64,000 nucleotides of DNA, from the IMG/VR virus record IMGVR_UViG_3300029305_000878, positions 3,469-67,468 of that record; one strand, given 5' to 3'. The position numbers and the translations under genes were made by a program. The notes beneath the pieces are model-generated. The model had not been told where the DNA came from. It worked only from the letters and a program-made list of their open reading frames with translations, and searched no databases. This document shows, piece after piece, positions 9,480-18,929 of the stretch (position 1 is its first letter; every line of letters begins with the position of its first letter). This stretch comes from a virus. Lineage: Duplodnaviria > Caudoviricetes.

Positions 9480-10118
9480 ATGCCAAAAGTATTCTTAAGT
9501 GCTGGACATGGAGGCTCCGATCCAGGAGCTGTAGCTAATGGGTTATATGAAAAAACTATTAACTTAAACACGTTATTAGCATGTAAGGAAGAATTAGAAA
9601 GGCATGGCATAACTGTCGTATGCTCTCGCAAGAAAGATGAAAATGATCCGGTGGTAGAAGAAGCCAAAGAGGCAAATGCCTCCCAAGCGGATATTGCCGT
9701 TTCTTTTCATATTAATGCGGGAGGCGGCGACGGATTCGAAGTTTACTACTACAAATCTAGTAAAATGGGTAAAGTTCTCGCTGGTTTATGCGAAAAACAC
9801 GTAAAAACATTAGGGCAGAATAGCCGAGGTCTTAAGAGTGGGGATCATCTTCACTTTATTAAGAAGACTAAGATGACCTCTGTACTAGTGGAGTCGTTCT
9901 TTATAGATAATAAGAAAGACAAATGTATAGGCGATACTTTGGCGGAGCAGTCCGCACTCGGAGTAGCCTATGCAAAAGCGATTTTAGAGTATTTTGGAAT
10001 CGCTTACAAGCCAACGAAAACATACAAAGTACAAGTCGGTGCTTATAGCAACAAAAAGAGCGCCGAAACAATGAAGAAGAAATTAAAGTCGGCAGGATTC
10101 GACGCGATTATAGTATAA
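9480..10118 (+). CDS. Endolysin: N-acetylmuramoyl-L-alanine amidase (Amidase_3) + SPOR domain
   Basis: AGHGGSDPGA, SFHINAGGG, VLVES zinc motifs; C-terminal YKVQVGAYSNKKSAE SPOR. Confidence 0.92.
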   Translation: MPKVFLSAGHGGSDPGAVANGLYEKTINLNTLLACKEELERHGITVVCSRKKDENDPVVEEAKEANASQADIAVSFHINAGGGDGFEVYYYKSSKMGKVLAGLCEKHVKTLGQNSRGLKSGDHLHFIKKTKMTSVLVESFFIDNKKDKCIGDTLAEQSALGVAYAKAILEYFGIAYKPTKTYKVQVGAYSNKKSAETMKKKLKSAGFDAIIV

Positions 10119-10128
10119 GGTGTAAAAC

Positions 10129-10506
10129 GTGATTAGTTTCAGACATAAGGGTGACTTTTCCAAGCTAGGAAAGTTTCTGACTAATGCCAAGCGAGCTGTT
10201 AGCAATACGGACCTGGACAAGTACGGAAGGGCCGGAGTGGCCGCTCTAGAGTCCGTAACTCCTGTAGACACCGGTTTAACCGCTCGATCTTGGTACTACG
10301 AAATAGAGAATAGAAAAGGTTCAACGACAATTAGATTCTGTAACTCGAATGTTCAAAACGGAGTTCCGATTGCCATCATATTGCAGTATGGTCACGGGAC
10401 TCGAAACGGAGGCTGGGTTCAAGGGAGAGATTACATCAATCCTGCGATCCTGCCTATTTTTGATGAGATATTAAATAAAGCATGGGGGGAGGTGACTAAG
10501 CAGTGA
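10129..10506 (+). CDS. HK97-gp10-like neck/tail component
   Basis: TPVDTGLTARSW and LQYGHGTRNGG motifs. Confidence 0.75.
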   Translation: MISFRHKGDFSKLGKFLTNAKRAVSNTDLDKYGRAGVAALESVTPVDTGLTARSWYYEIENRKGSTTIRFCNSNVQNGVPIAIILQYGHGTRNGGWVQGRDYINPAILPIFDEILNKAWGEVTKQ

Positions 10507-13500
10507 GTACAACGATTGACCAAAGAGTCGTCGAGATGCGGTTTGATAACAAACAGTTCGAGCAAGGCGTTTCGACAACTATGTCTACGTTGGATAAGTT
10601 TAAGGAAAAATTATCCCTCAAAGGTTCGGCTAAAGCGGTTGAGTCGGAGCTTGCCTCCTATAAAGCCGGTGTGTTCTCTTTCAGAGACGCGATCGGTAAA
10701 GCGTGGTCTTCTTTAGAGTACGATGTTGGTATACGGGCAAAGAACATAGCAAAGAACATGGCTAATTCCTTGCTCGGAGTAACCGCTATGAAAACCGGTT
10801 TCCAAGAGTACGAAACTCAAATCAACGCTATACAAACCATCTTGGCAAATACCGAAAGTAAAGGCACCACTCTCGATGACGTAAACAGTGCTTTGGATGA
10901 GTTGAACGCTTATGCGGATAAGACCATCTATAACTTTACGGAAATGACCAAGAACATTGGTACATTCACCGCAGCTGGTACGGACCTGGAAACCTCGGTA
11001 AAAGCTATCCAAGGTATCGCAAACTTAGCAGCGGTATCTGGTTCGACTTCGCAACAAGCTTCTACCGCAATGTATCAACTTTCCCAGGCGATGGCGTCGG
11101 GTACAGTCAAGCTTATGGACTGGAACTCGGTTGTCAATGCTGGTATGGGTGGTCAGGTCTTCCAAGATGCGTTGAAAGAAACCGCAAAAGTTCACGGTGT
11201 CGCAATTGACGATATTATTGCCAAAAACGGTTCATTCAGAGAATCTTTGAGTGAAGGTTGGTTGACGACCGAAATCTTAACCGACACGCTCGAGAAATTC
11301 ACCATGTATGCCGAAGAAGGCAGTAAAGAGTGGGAAGCGTATAAGAAAACCTTAATCGAAAAGGGCTATACCGAAGCTCAAGCTGAGGAAATCCTCAAAA
11401 TGGGTAAGACGGCTACCGAAGCCGCTACTAAGGTTAAGACCTTTTCTCAGTTATTCGACACTTTAAAGGAAGCCGCGCAGTCCGGATGGACTCAAACTTG
11501 GGAGATCCTCGTTGGTGACTTCGAAGAAGCAAAAGAGTTACTAACTAACATTTCTGAAGTAGTTAGTGGTTTCATCAACAAGATGTCGGAGTCTCGTAAC
11601 GAACTTCTCGAAAATTGGAAGGTGATGGGTGGTCGTCAAGACCTCATCGAATCCTTCAGTAATATATTTAAGGCTCTTCTCAGCGTAATCAAACCGATTA
11701 AGGAAGCCTTTACGGAGATATTTCCTCCGGCAACCTCTGAGCAATTATTTGCTATAACGGAGGGTTTAAAGAATTTTACGGCGAAACTCAAACTTAGCGA
11801 AAAAGGATCTGAAAATCTTAAGCGAACGTTTAGTGGGTTATTCGCCGTTCTTAAAGTCGCTATCACGATCATTAAGACTGTATTTAAAGCTATAGGAACC
11901 ATACTTAGCGGATTATCAGGGCTTGGTGGCGGTGTTTTAGGTATAACCGCAGTACTTGGAGACTTCTTATCGATACTCTCCGAGCTGATTTTGTCAGGCG
12001 GTTTGGTCGAAAAGGCATTCCATGGTGTCGCTACGGTTATCAAGTATTTACTTAAGTTCGTAGTAACTTTGGTTAAAGGCGTAGCCTCACTCTTCGAGTT
12101 TATAGGTGCCGACTTAGTATTCCCCGGAATCGTTAGTCTCGTGGATGGCTTAAGATCCGTGTTTGATGGGATGAACGATGCTGGAGACTCTGCAGGCAGC
12201 TTTAAAGAAAAACTGACCAATGCGTTCTCGGCAGTTGGTAAAGCACTGAAGAATAATCCGATATTCAAGTTCTTTACTATATTATGGGATGGTATTAAGA
12301 AAGTCGGATCGGGTATTGCTAAGATCTTTAAGAACGTGTTCGGCGGAATATTCGATGTTCTCGCGAATGGTAGTATCACCGAGATTTTGGACTTCATCAA
12401 TGGTATTATTACCGGCGGTGTTGGTATAGCACTTATCAACTTCCTCAAGAATCTCGGCAGTTCGGTAAGCACTTTCAAAGAACAAGCGTCGGATATAATG
12501 GACGGCGTTAAGGATATTCTTGACTCTGTGACTGGGTCATTTAAGGCTTTCCAAAACTCTCTCAATGCTGAAGCTTTGAAGAAACTCGCCATATCTATAG
12601 CGATTCTAACCGCATCTCTCTTAGTGCTCTCGCTTATCAATAAAGATAAGTTACATGATAGTGTCGCGGCTATAGTTATGCTATTTGCCGGTTTGTTGAC
12701 TGGCATGTCTATTATAGCGAAGAGTGACGGTCAACTCGCTTTACAAGGTGTGGCGACTACATTAGTTTCACTCGGTATCGCGGTTCTTTTACTCGCATCG
12801 GCGTTGAAGAAAATAAGCAGCCTCGAAGTAGAAGAAATGGCGGTAGGCGTTGTCGGCTTGGCTGGCGTCATGGCACTGTTGGTCGGCGCTATGAAGATAC
12901 TTCCCTTAGGTAAGGGTGATAAGATAGCCAAACCATTCCTTAAGTTCTGCGCCCAGATGATCCTTGTAGCTAAAGCTGCGCAAATGATGGCTAAAACACT
13001 TGTTCTTTTGGCTGATCTTAGCTGGAAAGAGCTTGCTCGTGGTTTAGTCGGTTTAACTAGCATTATGGTGCTGTTAGTTGGCGCTATGATGGCTCTCGGT
13101 ACATTGACCGATTGCGCTGAGACTGCGGAGTTCTACTCTAGATCTCAAACCCGCAACTTAGCTGGTATAGCACTAGCCTTGGTCGGATTTGCAGCGGCTG
13201 TTCGCTTATTAATTCCGGCTATCACTGAGCTCGGTAATATGGAATGGGAGAAACTCGGCAAGGCCGGAGTCGCTCTTGCTGGATTGGTAGGTGCTTTCGC
13301 ATTATTAGCCAAAGCCATCCAAATGGTAAAAGCCGACTCAATAATGAAGACTAGCGCAAGCTTACTTATAATTTCGGCATCGATGCTAGTGCTGTCCGGA
13401 GCGATGAAGGTCTTCGCCACTATGAGTTGGGAAGACTTGGCTAAGGGTGCTTCCGCGTTAGCTGGCGTTATAGGAGCTATTACCTTACTAGGGTTGGTAT

Positions 13501-16500
13501 CCAATAAAATTGTAAAGCCTGGCTCGATGAACGTTATGGCTGCAAGTCTCGCGATATTAGCAGCTTCGTTATGGTTGATCATTCCTCCGTTGTTAGCATT
13601 CAGTGCTATGAAGTGGGAGATGCTTGCTAAAGCGGGCGCTGCTCTTGGCGGATTAATTGCCGCTCTCGCTTTACTTGGGGTGGCTGCTCAAATAGCTAGT
13701 CCTTATACAATTGGCGCTATGGCTGCGAGCCTTGCTATGCTTGCCGTATCCTTGCAACTATTGGTGGTTCCGCTCGGTCTTGTTGGATTGATGAAATGGA
13801 GCTCACTAGCTAAAGGTTTGATAGCATTAGCGGGTACGCTTACCATTTTAGCAGTTGCGGCTCACTTCCTTGGGCCTTCGATAATCACTTTGGTCCTGCT
13901 TAGCGGCGCAATATTAGCTATTGGTACTGCTATATTTGCATTTGGCGCTGGTATGGGTATTCTTGCTAGCGGCTTAGCTTCCGCTGCGGTTGCTGTCGGG
14001 TTACTCGGCACTTCAATTGCTGGTGTCGCGGTTTCTTTCGCTGGCGCCCTGACCATTATCGTTGGCGCATTAGCGACGACCATACCCTTATTCGTGGCGA
14101 AGTTCGCCGAAGGTATCGGTCTGGCTATAGTTGCGCTTTGTAAAGTAATTATAGATGGCGCACCTGCGCTTGGCGAGGCTGTGATCGCTCTCGTATTAAC
14201 TCTTTGCCGAGTAATAGACGAGTGTGCGATGCCGTTGATAACCACGGTGCTCAACTTAGTTTACGAATTATTACAGGCGCTTATCGACTTTGCACCGGCC
14301 ATTGCCGATTCGTTATTAGAGTTGTTAGTGGTCGTCTTCGATAGCCTTGTTAAATTTATTCCCGCGCTGGTCGACATACTTGTTGATATTTTCGTATCAA
14401 TCGTCGACGGTGTTGCTGATAGAAGCCAGGATATAATCATATCGCTTATTAACCTTTTCAGTAAAATCTTCGGGGCGCTCGGCAAGGCTCTTTTCGGTCT
14501 CGATGCGTCTTCGTTATTTAAAGGTGTGTTGGCATTCTCGATCCTTGCTCTAATGGTGAAAACATTCGCATCGATACCGATGTCGCTTATACCGAAAGCC
14601 ATGAAGGGATTGGCTGGTGTCAGTCTTCTTGTGGCTGAGTTAGGCGTGATATTAGGGCTTATAGGTCTCATAGCTAACAGTACAAATGCTGTCTGGTTGA
14701 TCAACAAAGGTGGCGATGTTCTCGGAGCTATCGGTAGCGCTATCGGTAAATTAATAGGTGGTTTGGTCGGTGGTATTGCCGCAGGATTTACGGCAAACTT
14801 CCCCGATATTACCGCTTCTGTCGGACAGGCAATTAAAGTCTTCTCCGATAAAGTGAAGGGCGTAGACCCCGCCGCAATCACAGCAGCTGCTAAGGCAGCG
14901 GGACATCTGACAGTGGCTGTTCTGTCCATGACAGGTGCATCCCTTGTGCTGTCTGTTGCTCGTTTGTTGGGTGGTGGCATATCGCTTGGAACTTACTTAT
15001 TAGGGGTATCGACTGTAGGCCAGGCTATTAAATCTTTCTCTAAGAAAGTGAAAGGTGTGAATCCTGCAGCTGTAGTCGCAGCATCCAAAGCAGCCGGACA
15101 TTTGAATAAAGCTGTAGTGTCCATGACAGGCGCCGGTTTATTATCCGGTCTTAGTACTTTGCTTACTGGTGGATTGTCGTTTGGTGCGTATGCATCATCG
15201 GTCGCTATCATAGGTCTAGCGATGGCGACCTTCTCAAAGCAAGTAGAAGACATTGATATAGCGGCTGTACTTGCCGCATCGAGCGCGGCTGGACCTCTAA
15301 ATAAAGCCGTAGTAGCGATGACTGGTACCGGAGTCTTGGCGGGGATATCGGCGATACTAACTCTTGGGGCATCGCTCATCGCCTATATGGACTCGGTAAA
15401 TATTATCGGCAAGGCGATAGCTGGCTTCTCTAAAGAAGTTGAAGATGTCGATCCCGCATCCGTAGTCGCAGCCGCAAAAGCAGCTGGACCTTTGAATGTT
15501 GCGGTAGTAGGCATGACTGGTGCCGGATTCTTATCCGGACTTAGCGCCTTACTTACGGGTGGGTTATCGTTAGTCACCTATGGTGCTTCGGTTGAAGTTA
15601 TCGGTAAATCTATAGCCGGATTCTCCAAGCAAGTAGAAGACGTCGATCCATCCACTGTAGTTGCAGCAGCTAAAGCAGCCGGACCTTTGAATAAAGCCGT
15701 GTTAGCAATGACTGGCACAAGCTTCTTAGCTGGTCTTGGCGCTTTACTCACTGGTGGATTATCGTTCGTTACCTACGGTGCTTCTGTCGAAGTCATAGGT
15801 AAAGCTATGGCTGGCTTTTCCAAACAAGTAGAAGATATAGACACTTCGTCTGTAACGACCGCTGCGAAAGCTGCCGAACCTTTAAATAAGGCTGTATTAG
15901 CGATGACTGGTTCTTCGTTCGTATCAGCTTTGAGTACTTTATTAACCGGCGGATTATCGCTAGTCACTTATGTCACTTCGATAGGGGTTATCGGTAAAGC
16001 CATGGCGGCCTTTTCTAAGGCTATAAATAAGGGCGATATCGATCCCGCTGCTATGAAAACGGCAGCTAAGTCGGCTGGATATTTGAATAAAGCTGTTCTG
16101 GCGATGTCTGGAACTGGGTTTGTGGCTACATTAGCTACGATACTCAGTCTCGGCACTGGAACTATGATGTATGAAGAATCGGTTAAGGTAATCGGTAAAG
16201 CTATAGCTGGCTTCTCCAAAGAAGTGAAAGATATAGACACCGCAGCCGTAACCTCAGCATCCCAGGCAGCTGGACCCTTGAATAAAGCAGTAGTGGCTAT
16301 GACAGGTGCTGGGTTCTTAGCTGGTCTTAGCGCTCTATTGACTGGCGGGTTGTCAATCGCCACTTATGTGGCATCAGTCGAAGCCATAGGCTTGGCAATG
16401 GCTGTCTTCTCTAAACAAGTAGAGAATATAGATACCGCTAGTGTAACCACTGCAGCTAATGCCGCTGGTCCTTTGAATGACGCTGTATTAGCAATGACTG

Positions 16501-18926
16501 GAGCTAGCTTCTTAGCTGGTCTTAGTGCTTTACTCACTGGCGGATTATCGATTGTTACTTATGTGGCATCGGTTGAAGTCATAGGTAAAGCTATGGCTGG
16601 CTTCTCGAAGCAAGTAAAAGACATAGATACTGCAGCAGTAACCACCGCAGCTAATGCCGCTAGTCCTTTGAATAAAGCTGTTCTGGCGATGACCGGTACT
16701 AGCTTCTTAGCTGGTCTTAGCGCTCTATTGACCGGTGGTTTATCTATTGCTACTTACGTGTTATCAATCGAAACTATTGGTAAAGCGATGGGTTCGTTCG
16801 CTAAGCAGGTAAAAGGAATTGATCCTGCTACTATGAAAGTGGCTGCCGATGCAGCTAGGCCGTTGAATAAGACCGTACTGGAGATGACTGGTACTTCGTT
16901 CTTGTCGGGCTTAGTTGCATTACTTACTGGCGGTTTATCTATTGCTACTTACGTGTTATCAATCGAAACTATTGGTAAAGCGATGGGTTCGTTCGCTAAG
17001 CAGGTAAAAGGCATTGATACCGCAGCTGTCAGCACGGCGGCTAACGCGGCTGGTCCTTTGAATAAGGCTGTGATAGCCATGAGCGGCAATTCGATTGCGA
17101 CTACCATAGGATGGCTGTTGGGCTTAGGGTTCGAACCTTACAAATACGCAATAAAAATCATCGGTCAGTCGATAGCGGGATTCTCTAAAGAAGTAAAAGG
17201 CATCGATACTGGAGCTGTTACGGCAGCTGCTAACGCGGCTGGTCCTTTGAACAAGGCAGTTCTGGCTATGACCGGGAATAGTGTGTTGACTGGTTTGACT
17301 GCTATTCTCACTGGTGGATTGTCGCTAGTCACCTATGGTGCTTCGGTTGAAGTCATAGGCAAAGCTATGGCTGGCTTCTCCAAGCAAGTAGCCGGTATTG
17401 ATACAGCGGCTGTTACGGCGGCAGCTAATGCGTCTGGACCTTTAAGTAAAGCTGTAAACAGCATGACTGGATCTAGCTTCTTATCCGGCTTGGTCGCATT
17501 ACTTACAGGTGGTTTATCGTTAATCACCTATGGCGCTTCGGTTAAAGTTATAGGTGCTGCAATAGCCGGTTTCTCTAAAGAAGTAACAGGTATTGATACC
17601 GCAGCTGTAACTGCAGCCGCAAACGCAGCTGGTCCTTTGAATAAAGCCGTAAGATCCATGACCGGAAGCGGGATCATCTCGTGTTTGGGACAAATCTTCG
17701 ACGCAAGGGATCAGTACAAGAAGGGTGTAAAAGCTGTCGGCGAAGCTATGGCCGCTTTCGCTGAAAAAGTGGCTGGTATAAATCCTACAGCCGTGTCCGC
17801 AGCAGCTGACGCAGCTACGAAGATTACTTCGGTGGTGAAAAATATGCCGAAGAAGACCGACCACTTGGCGAGTGTCGGAAAGAACATAGTTAAATTCGCT
17901 GACAAGTTGAAAGAGTACTATGATACGGCTGGCGGTATTACGTCCGAATCCATTAGTTCGGCAAAGAACGCAGTCGATTCGATCAAGGCACTTTCTACGA
18001 CCAATGTTAGCGGACTGAAATCCATTTCGGATGGCATTAATAAAGTTGTAAAATCGATTAAAGAGCTTAAAAAAGTGCCTAACAATATAGTGGACTCTTT
18101 TACTAACGCTCTTGAAAAATTAGGCAAAACTAGTGTTGACTCTTTTGTTGACGAATTCGACGATCTGGAAACCGACTTGAAAAAGAAGGCTAAGAAGGGC
18201 ATCGACGGGTTTATAAGCGGAGTCGGCGATAAAAAGTCTTCCGCTAAGAAAACGTGCACCGATATGGTTAAAGCTTGCGCGGATGCGATTAGCTCTAAAG
18301 GTTTCAAAACCGCGGGTAAAGATTGCGCCCAAGGCTTTGCTGATGGTATTTCGGCTAACACGTTTAAAGCTAAAGCTCAAGCAAAAGCAATGGCCGAAGC
18401 AGCACTTGAGTCGGCAAGACAAGCACTTAAAATCAACTCGCCTTCGAAAGTATTTAGAGACCTCGGTTACTCAGTTCCCGAGGGCTTTGCTATGGGTATC
18501 GATAAGCTCAGCGGGGTCGTAAGAACTTCTGCCGAGTCTATGACTGATAGCTCTATCGAGGGCGTAAAGCGAGGTATTTCTCGCATTGCGGATGTTGTCA
18601 ATAGCGATATGGACACTCAACCTACGATTCGCCCGGTCCTTGACTTGAGCGATGTTGAGAAAAGCGCTAGCTCCATTGGCGGTATGTTCGATACGGATGC
18701 TAATATCGGCGTTCGTACTAACATCGGAGCGATCAATTCCCTGATGGCTCAGCGCAATCAAAATGGAGCAAATGACGATGTCGTCTCTGCTATTGAAAAG
18801 CTCGGCAAGGGCATTAAGAGTGGAGATACGTATAACTTAGGCAACATTTCGTATAACGATGATAGCAGCATTGCGAATGCTGTAAGAGAACTGGTAAGAG
18901 CAGCTAGAATTGAAAGGAGGGTGTAA
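10503..18926 (+). CDS. Tape measure protein (2807 aa)
   Basis: N-terminal tape-measure domain (LNAYADKTIYNFTEMT...KLMDWNS), long Ala/Gly/Leu helical body, C-terminal INSPSKVFRDLG. Confidence 0.95.
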   Translation: MSTTIDQRVVEMRFDNKQFEQGVSTTMSTLDKFKEKLSLKGSAKAVESELASYKAGVFSFRDAIGKAWSSLEYDVGIRAKNIAKNMANSLLGVTAMKTGFQEYETQINAIQTILANTESKGTTLDDVNSALDELNAYADKTIYNFTEMTKNIGTFTAAGTDLETSVKAIQGIANLAAVSGSTSQQASTAMYQLSQAMASGTVKLMDWNSVVNAGMGGQVFQDALKETAKVHGVAIDDIIAKNGSFRESLSEGWLTTEILTDTLEKFTMYAEEGSKEWEAYKKTLIEKGYTEAQAEEILKMGKTATEAATKVKTFSQLFDTLKEAAQSGWTQTWEILVGDFEEAKELLTNISEVVSGFINKMSESRNELLENWKVMGGRQDLIESFSNIFKALLSVIKPIKEAFTEIFPPATSEQLFAITEGLKNFTAKLKLSEKGSENLKRTFSGLFAVLKVAITIIKTVFKAIGTILSGLSGLGGGVLGITAVLGDFLSILSELILSGGLVEKAFHGVATVIKYLLKFVVTLVKGVASLFEFIGADLVFPGIVSLVDGLRSVFDGMNDAGDSAGSFKEKLTNAFSAVGKALKNNPIFKFFTILWDGIKKVGSGIAKIFKNVFGGIFDVLANGSITEILDFINGIITGGVGIALINFLKNLGSSVSTFKEQASDIMDGVKDILDSVTGSFKAFQNSLNAEALKKLAISIAILTASLLVLSLINKDKLHDSVAAIVMLFAGLLTGMSIIAKSDGQLALQGVATTLVSLGIAVLLLASALKKISSLEVEEMAVGVVGLAGVMALLVGAMKILPLGKGDKIAKPFLKFCAQMILVAKAAQMMAKTLVLLADLSWKELARGLVGLTSIMVLLVGAMMALGTLTDCAETAEFYSRSQTRNLAGIALALVGFAAAVRLLIPAITELGNMEWEKLGKAGVALAGLVGAFALLAKAIQMVKADSIMKTSASLLIISASMLVLSGAMKVFATMSWEDLAKGASALAGVIGAITLLGLVSNKIVKPGSMNVMAASLAILAASLWLIIPPLLAFSAMKWEMLAKAGAALGGLIAALALLGVAAQIASPYTIGAMAASLAMLAVSLQLLVVPLGLVGLMKWSSLAKGLIALAGTLTILAVAAHFLGPSIITLVLLSGAILAIGTAIFAFGAGMGILASGLASAAVAVGLLGTSIAGVAVSFAGALTIIVGALATTIPLFVAKFAEGIGLAIVALCKVIIDGAPALGEAVIALVLTLCRVIDECAMPLITTVLNLVYELLQALIDFAPAIADSLLELLVVVFDSLVKFIPALVDILVDIFVSIVDGVADRSQDIIISLINLFSKIFGALGKALFGLDASSLFKGVLAFSILALMVKTFASIPMSLIPKAMKGLAGVSLLVAELGVILGLIGLIANSTNAVWLINKGGDVLGAIGSAIGKLIGGLVGGIAAGFTANFPDITASVGQAIKVFSDKVKGVDPAAITAAAKAAGHLTVAVLSMTGASLVLSVARLLGGGISLGTYLLGVSTVGQAIKSFSKKVKGVNPAAVVAASKAAGHLNKAVVSMTGAGLLSGLSTLLTGGLSFGAYASSVAIIGLAMATFSKQVEDIDIAAVLAASSAAGPLNKAVVAMTGTGVLAGISAILTLGASLIAYMDSVNIIGKAIAGFSKEVEDVDPASVVAAAKAAGPLNVAVVGMTGAGFLSGLSALLTGGLSLVTYGASVEVIGKSIAGFSKQVEDVDPSTVVAAAKAAGPLNKAVLAMTGTSFLAGLGALLTGGLSFVTYGASVEVIGKAMAGFSKQVEDIDTSSVTTAAKAAEPLNKAVLAMTGSSFVSALSTLLTGGLSLVTYVTSIGVIGKAMAAFSKAINKGDIDPAAMKTAAKSAGYLNKAVLAMSGTGFVATLATILSLGTGTMMYEESVKVIGKAIAGFSKEVKDIDTAAVTSASQAAGPLNKAVVAMTGAGFLAGLSALLTGGLSIATYVASVEAIGLAMAVFSKQVENIDTASVTTAANAAGPLNDAVLAMTGASFLAGLSALLTGGLSIVTYVASVEVIGKAMAGFSKQVKDIDTAAVTTAANAASPLNKAVLAMTGTSFLAGLSALLTGGLSIATYVLSIETIGKAMGSFAKQVKGIDPATMKVAADAARPLNKTVLEMTGTSFLSGLVALLTGGLSIATYVLSIETIGKAMGSFAKQVKGIDTAAVSTAANAAGPLNKAVIAMSGNSIATTIGWLLGLGFEPYKYAIKIIGQSIAGFSKEVKGIDTGAVTAAANAAGPLNKAVLAMTGNSVLTGLTAILTGGLSLVTYGASVEVIGKAMAGFSKQVAGIDTAAVTAAANASGPLSKAVNSMTGSSFLSGLVALLTGGLSLITYGASVKVIGAAIAGFSKEVTGIDTAAVTAAANAAGPLNKAVRSMTGSGIISCLGQIFDARDQYKKGVKAVGEAMAAFAEKVAGINPTAVSAAADAATKITSVVKNMPKKTDHLASVGKNIVKFADKLKEYYDTAGGITSESISSAKNAVDSIKALSTTNVSGLKSISDGINKVVKSIKELKKVPNNIVDSFTNALEKLGKTSVDSFVDEFDDLETDLKKKAKKGIDGFISGVGDKKSSAKKTCTDMVKACADAISSKGFKTAGKDCAQGFADGISANTFKAKAQAKAMAEAALESARQALKINSPSKVFRDLGYSVPEGFAMGIDKLSGVVRTSAESMTDSSIEGVKRGISRIADVVNSDMDTQPTIRPVLDLSDVEKSASSIGGMFDTDANIGVRTNIGAINSLMAQRNQNGANDDVVSAIEKLGKGIKSGDTYNLGNISYNDDSSIANAVRELVRAARIERRV
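14823..17850 (+). repeat. About 15.5 x 195-bp (65-aa) tandem repeat inside the tape measure gene
   Basis: Unit GKAMAGFSKQVxxIDTAAVTxAANAAGPLNKAVLAMTG...; 16737-16816 and 16932-17011 are identical over 80 bp. Confidence 0.95.
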
Positions 18927-18929
18927 AGT

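Noticed and set aside
11636-18761. Many minus-strand ORFs in the tape measure gene (up to 356 aa)
   Set aside because: Antisense shadows of Ala/Gly-rich repetitive coding sequence
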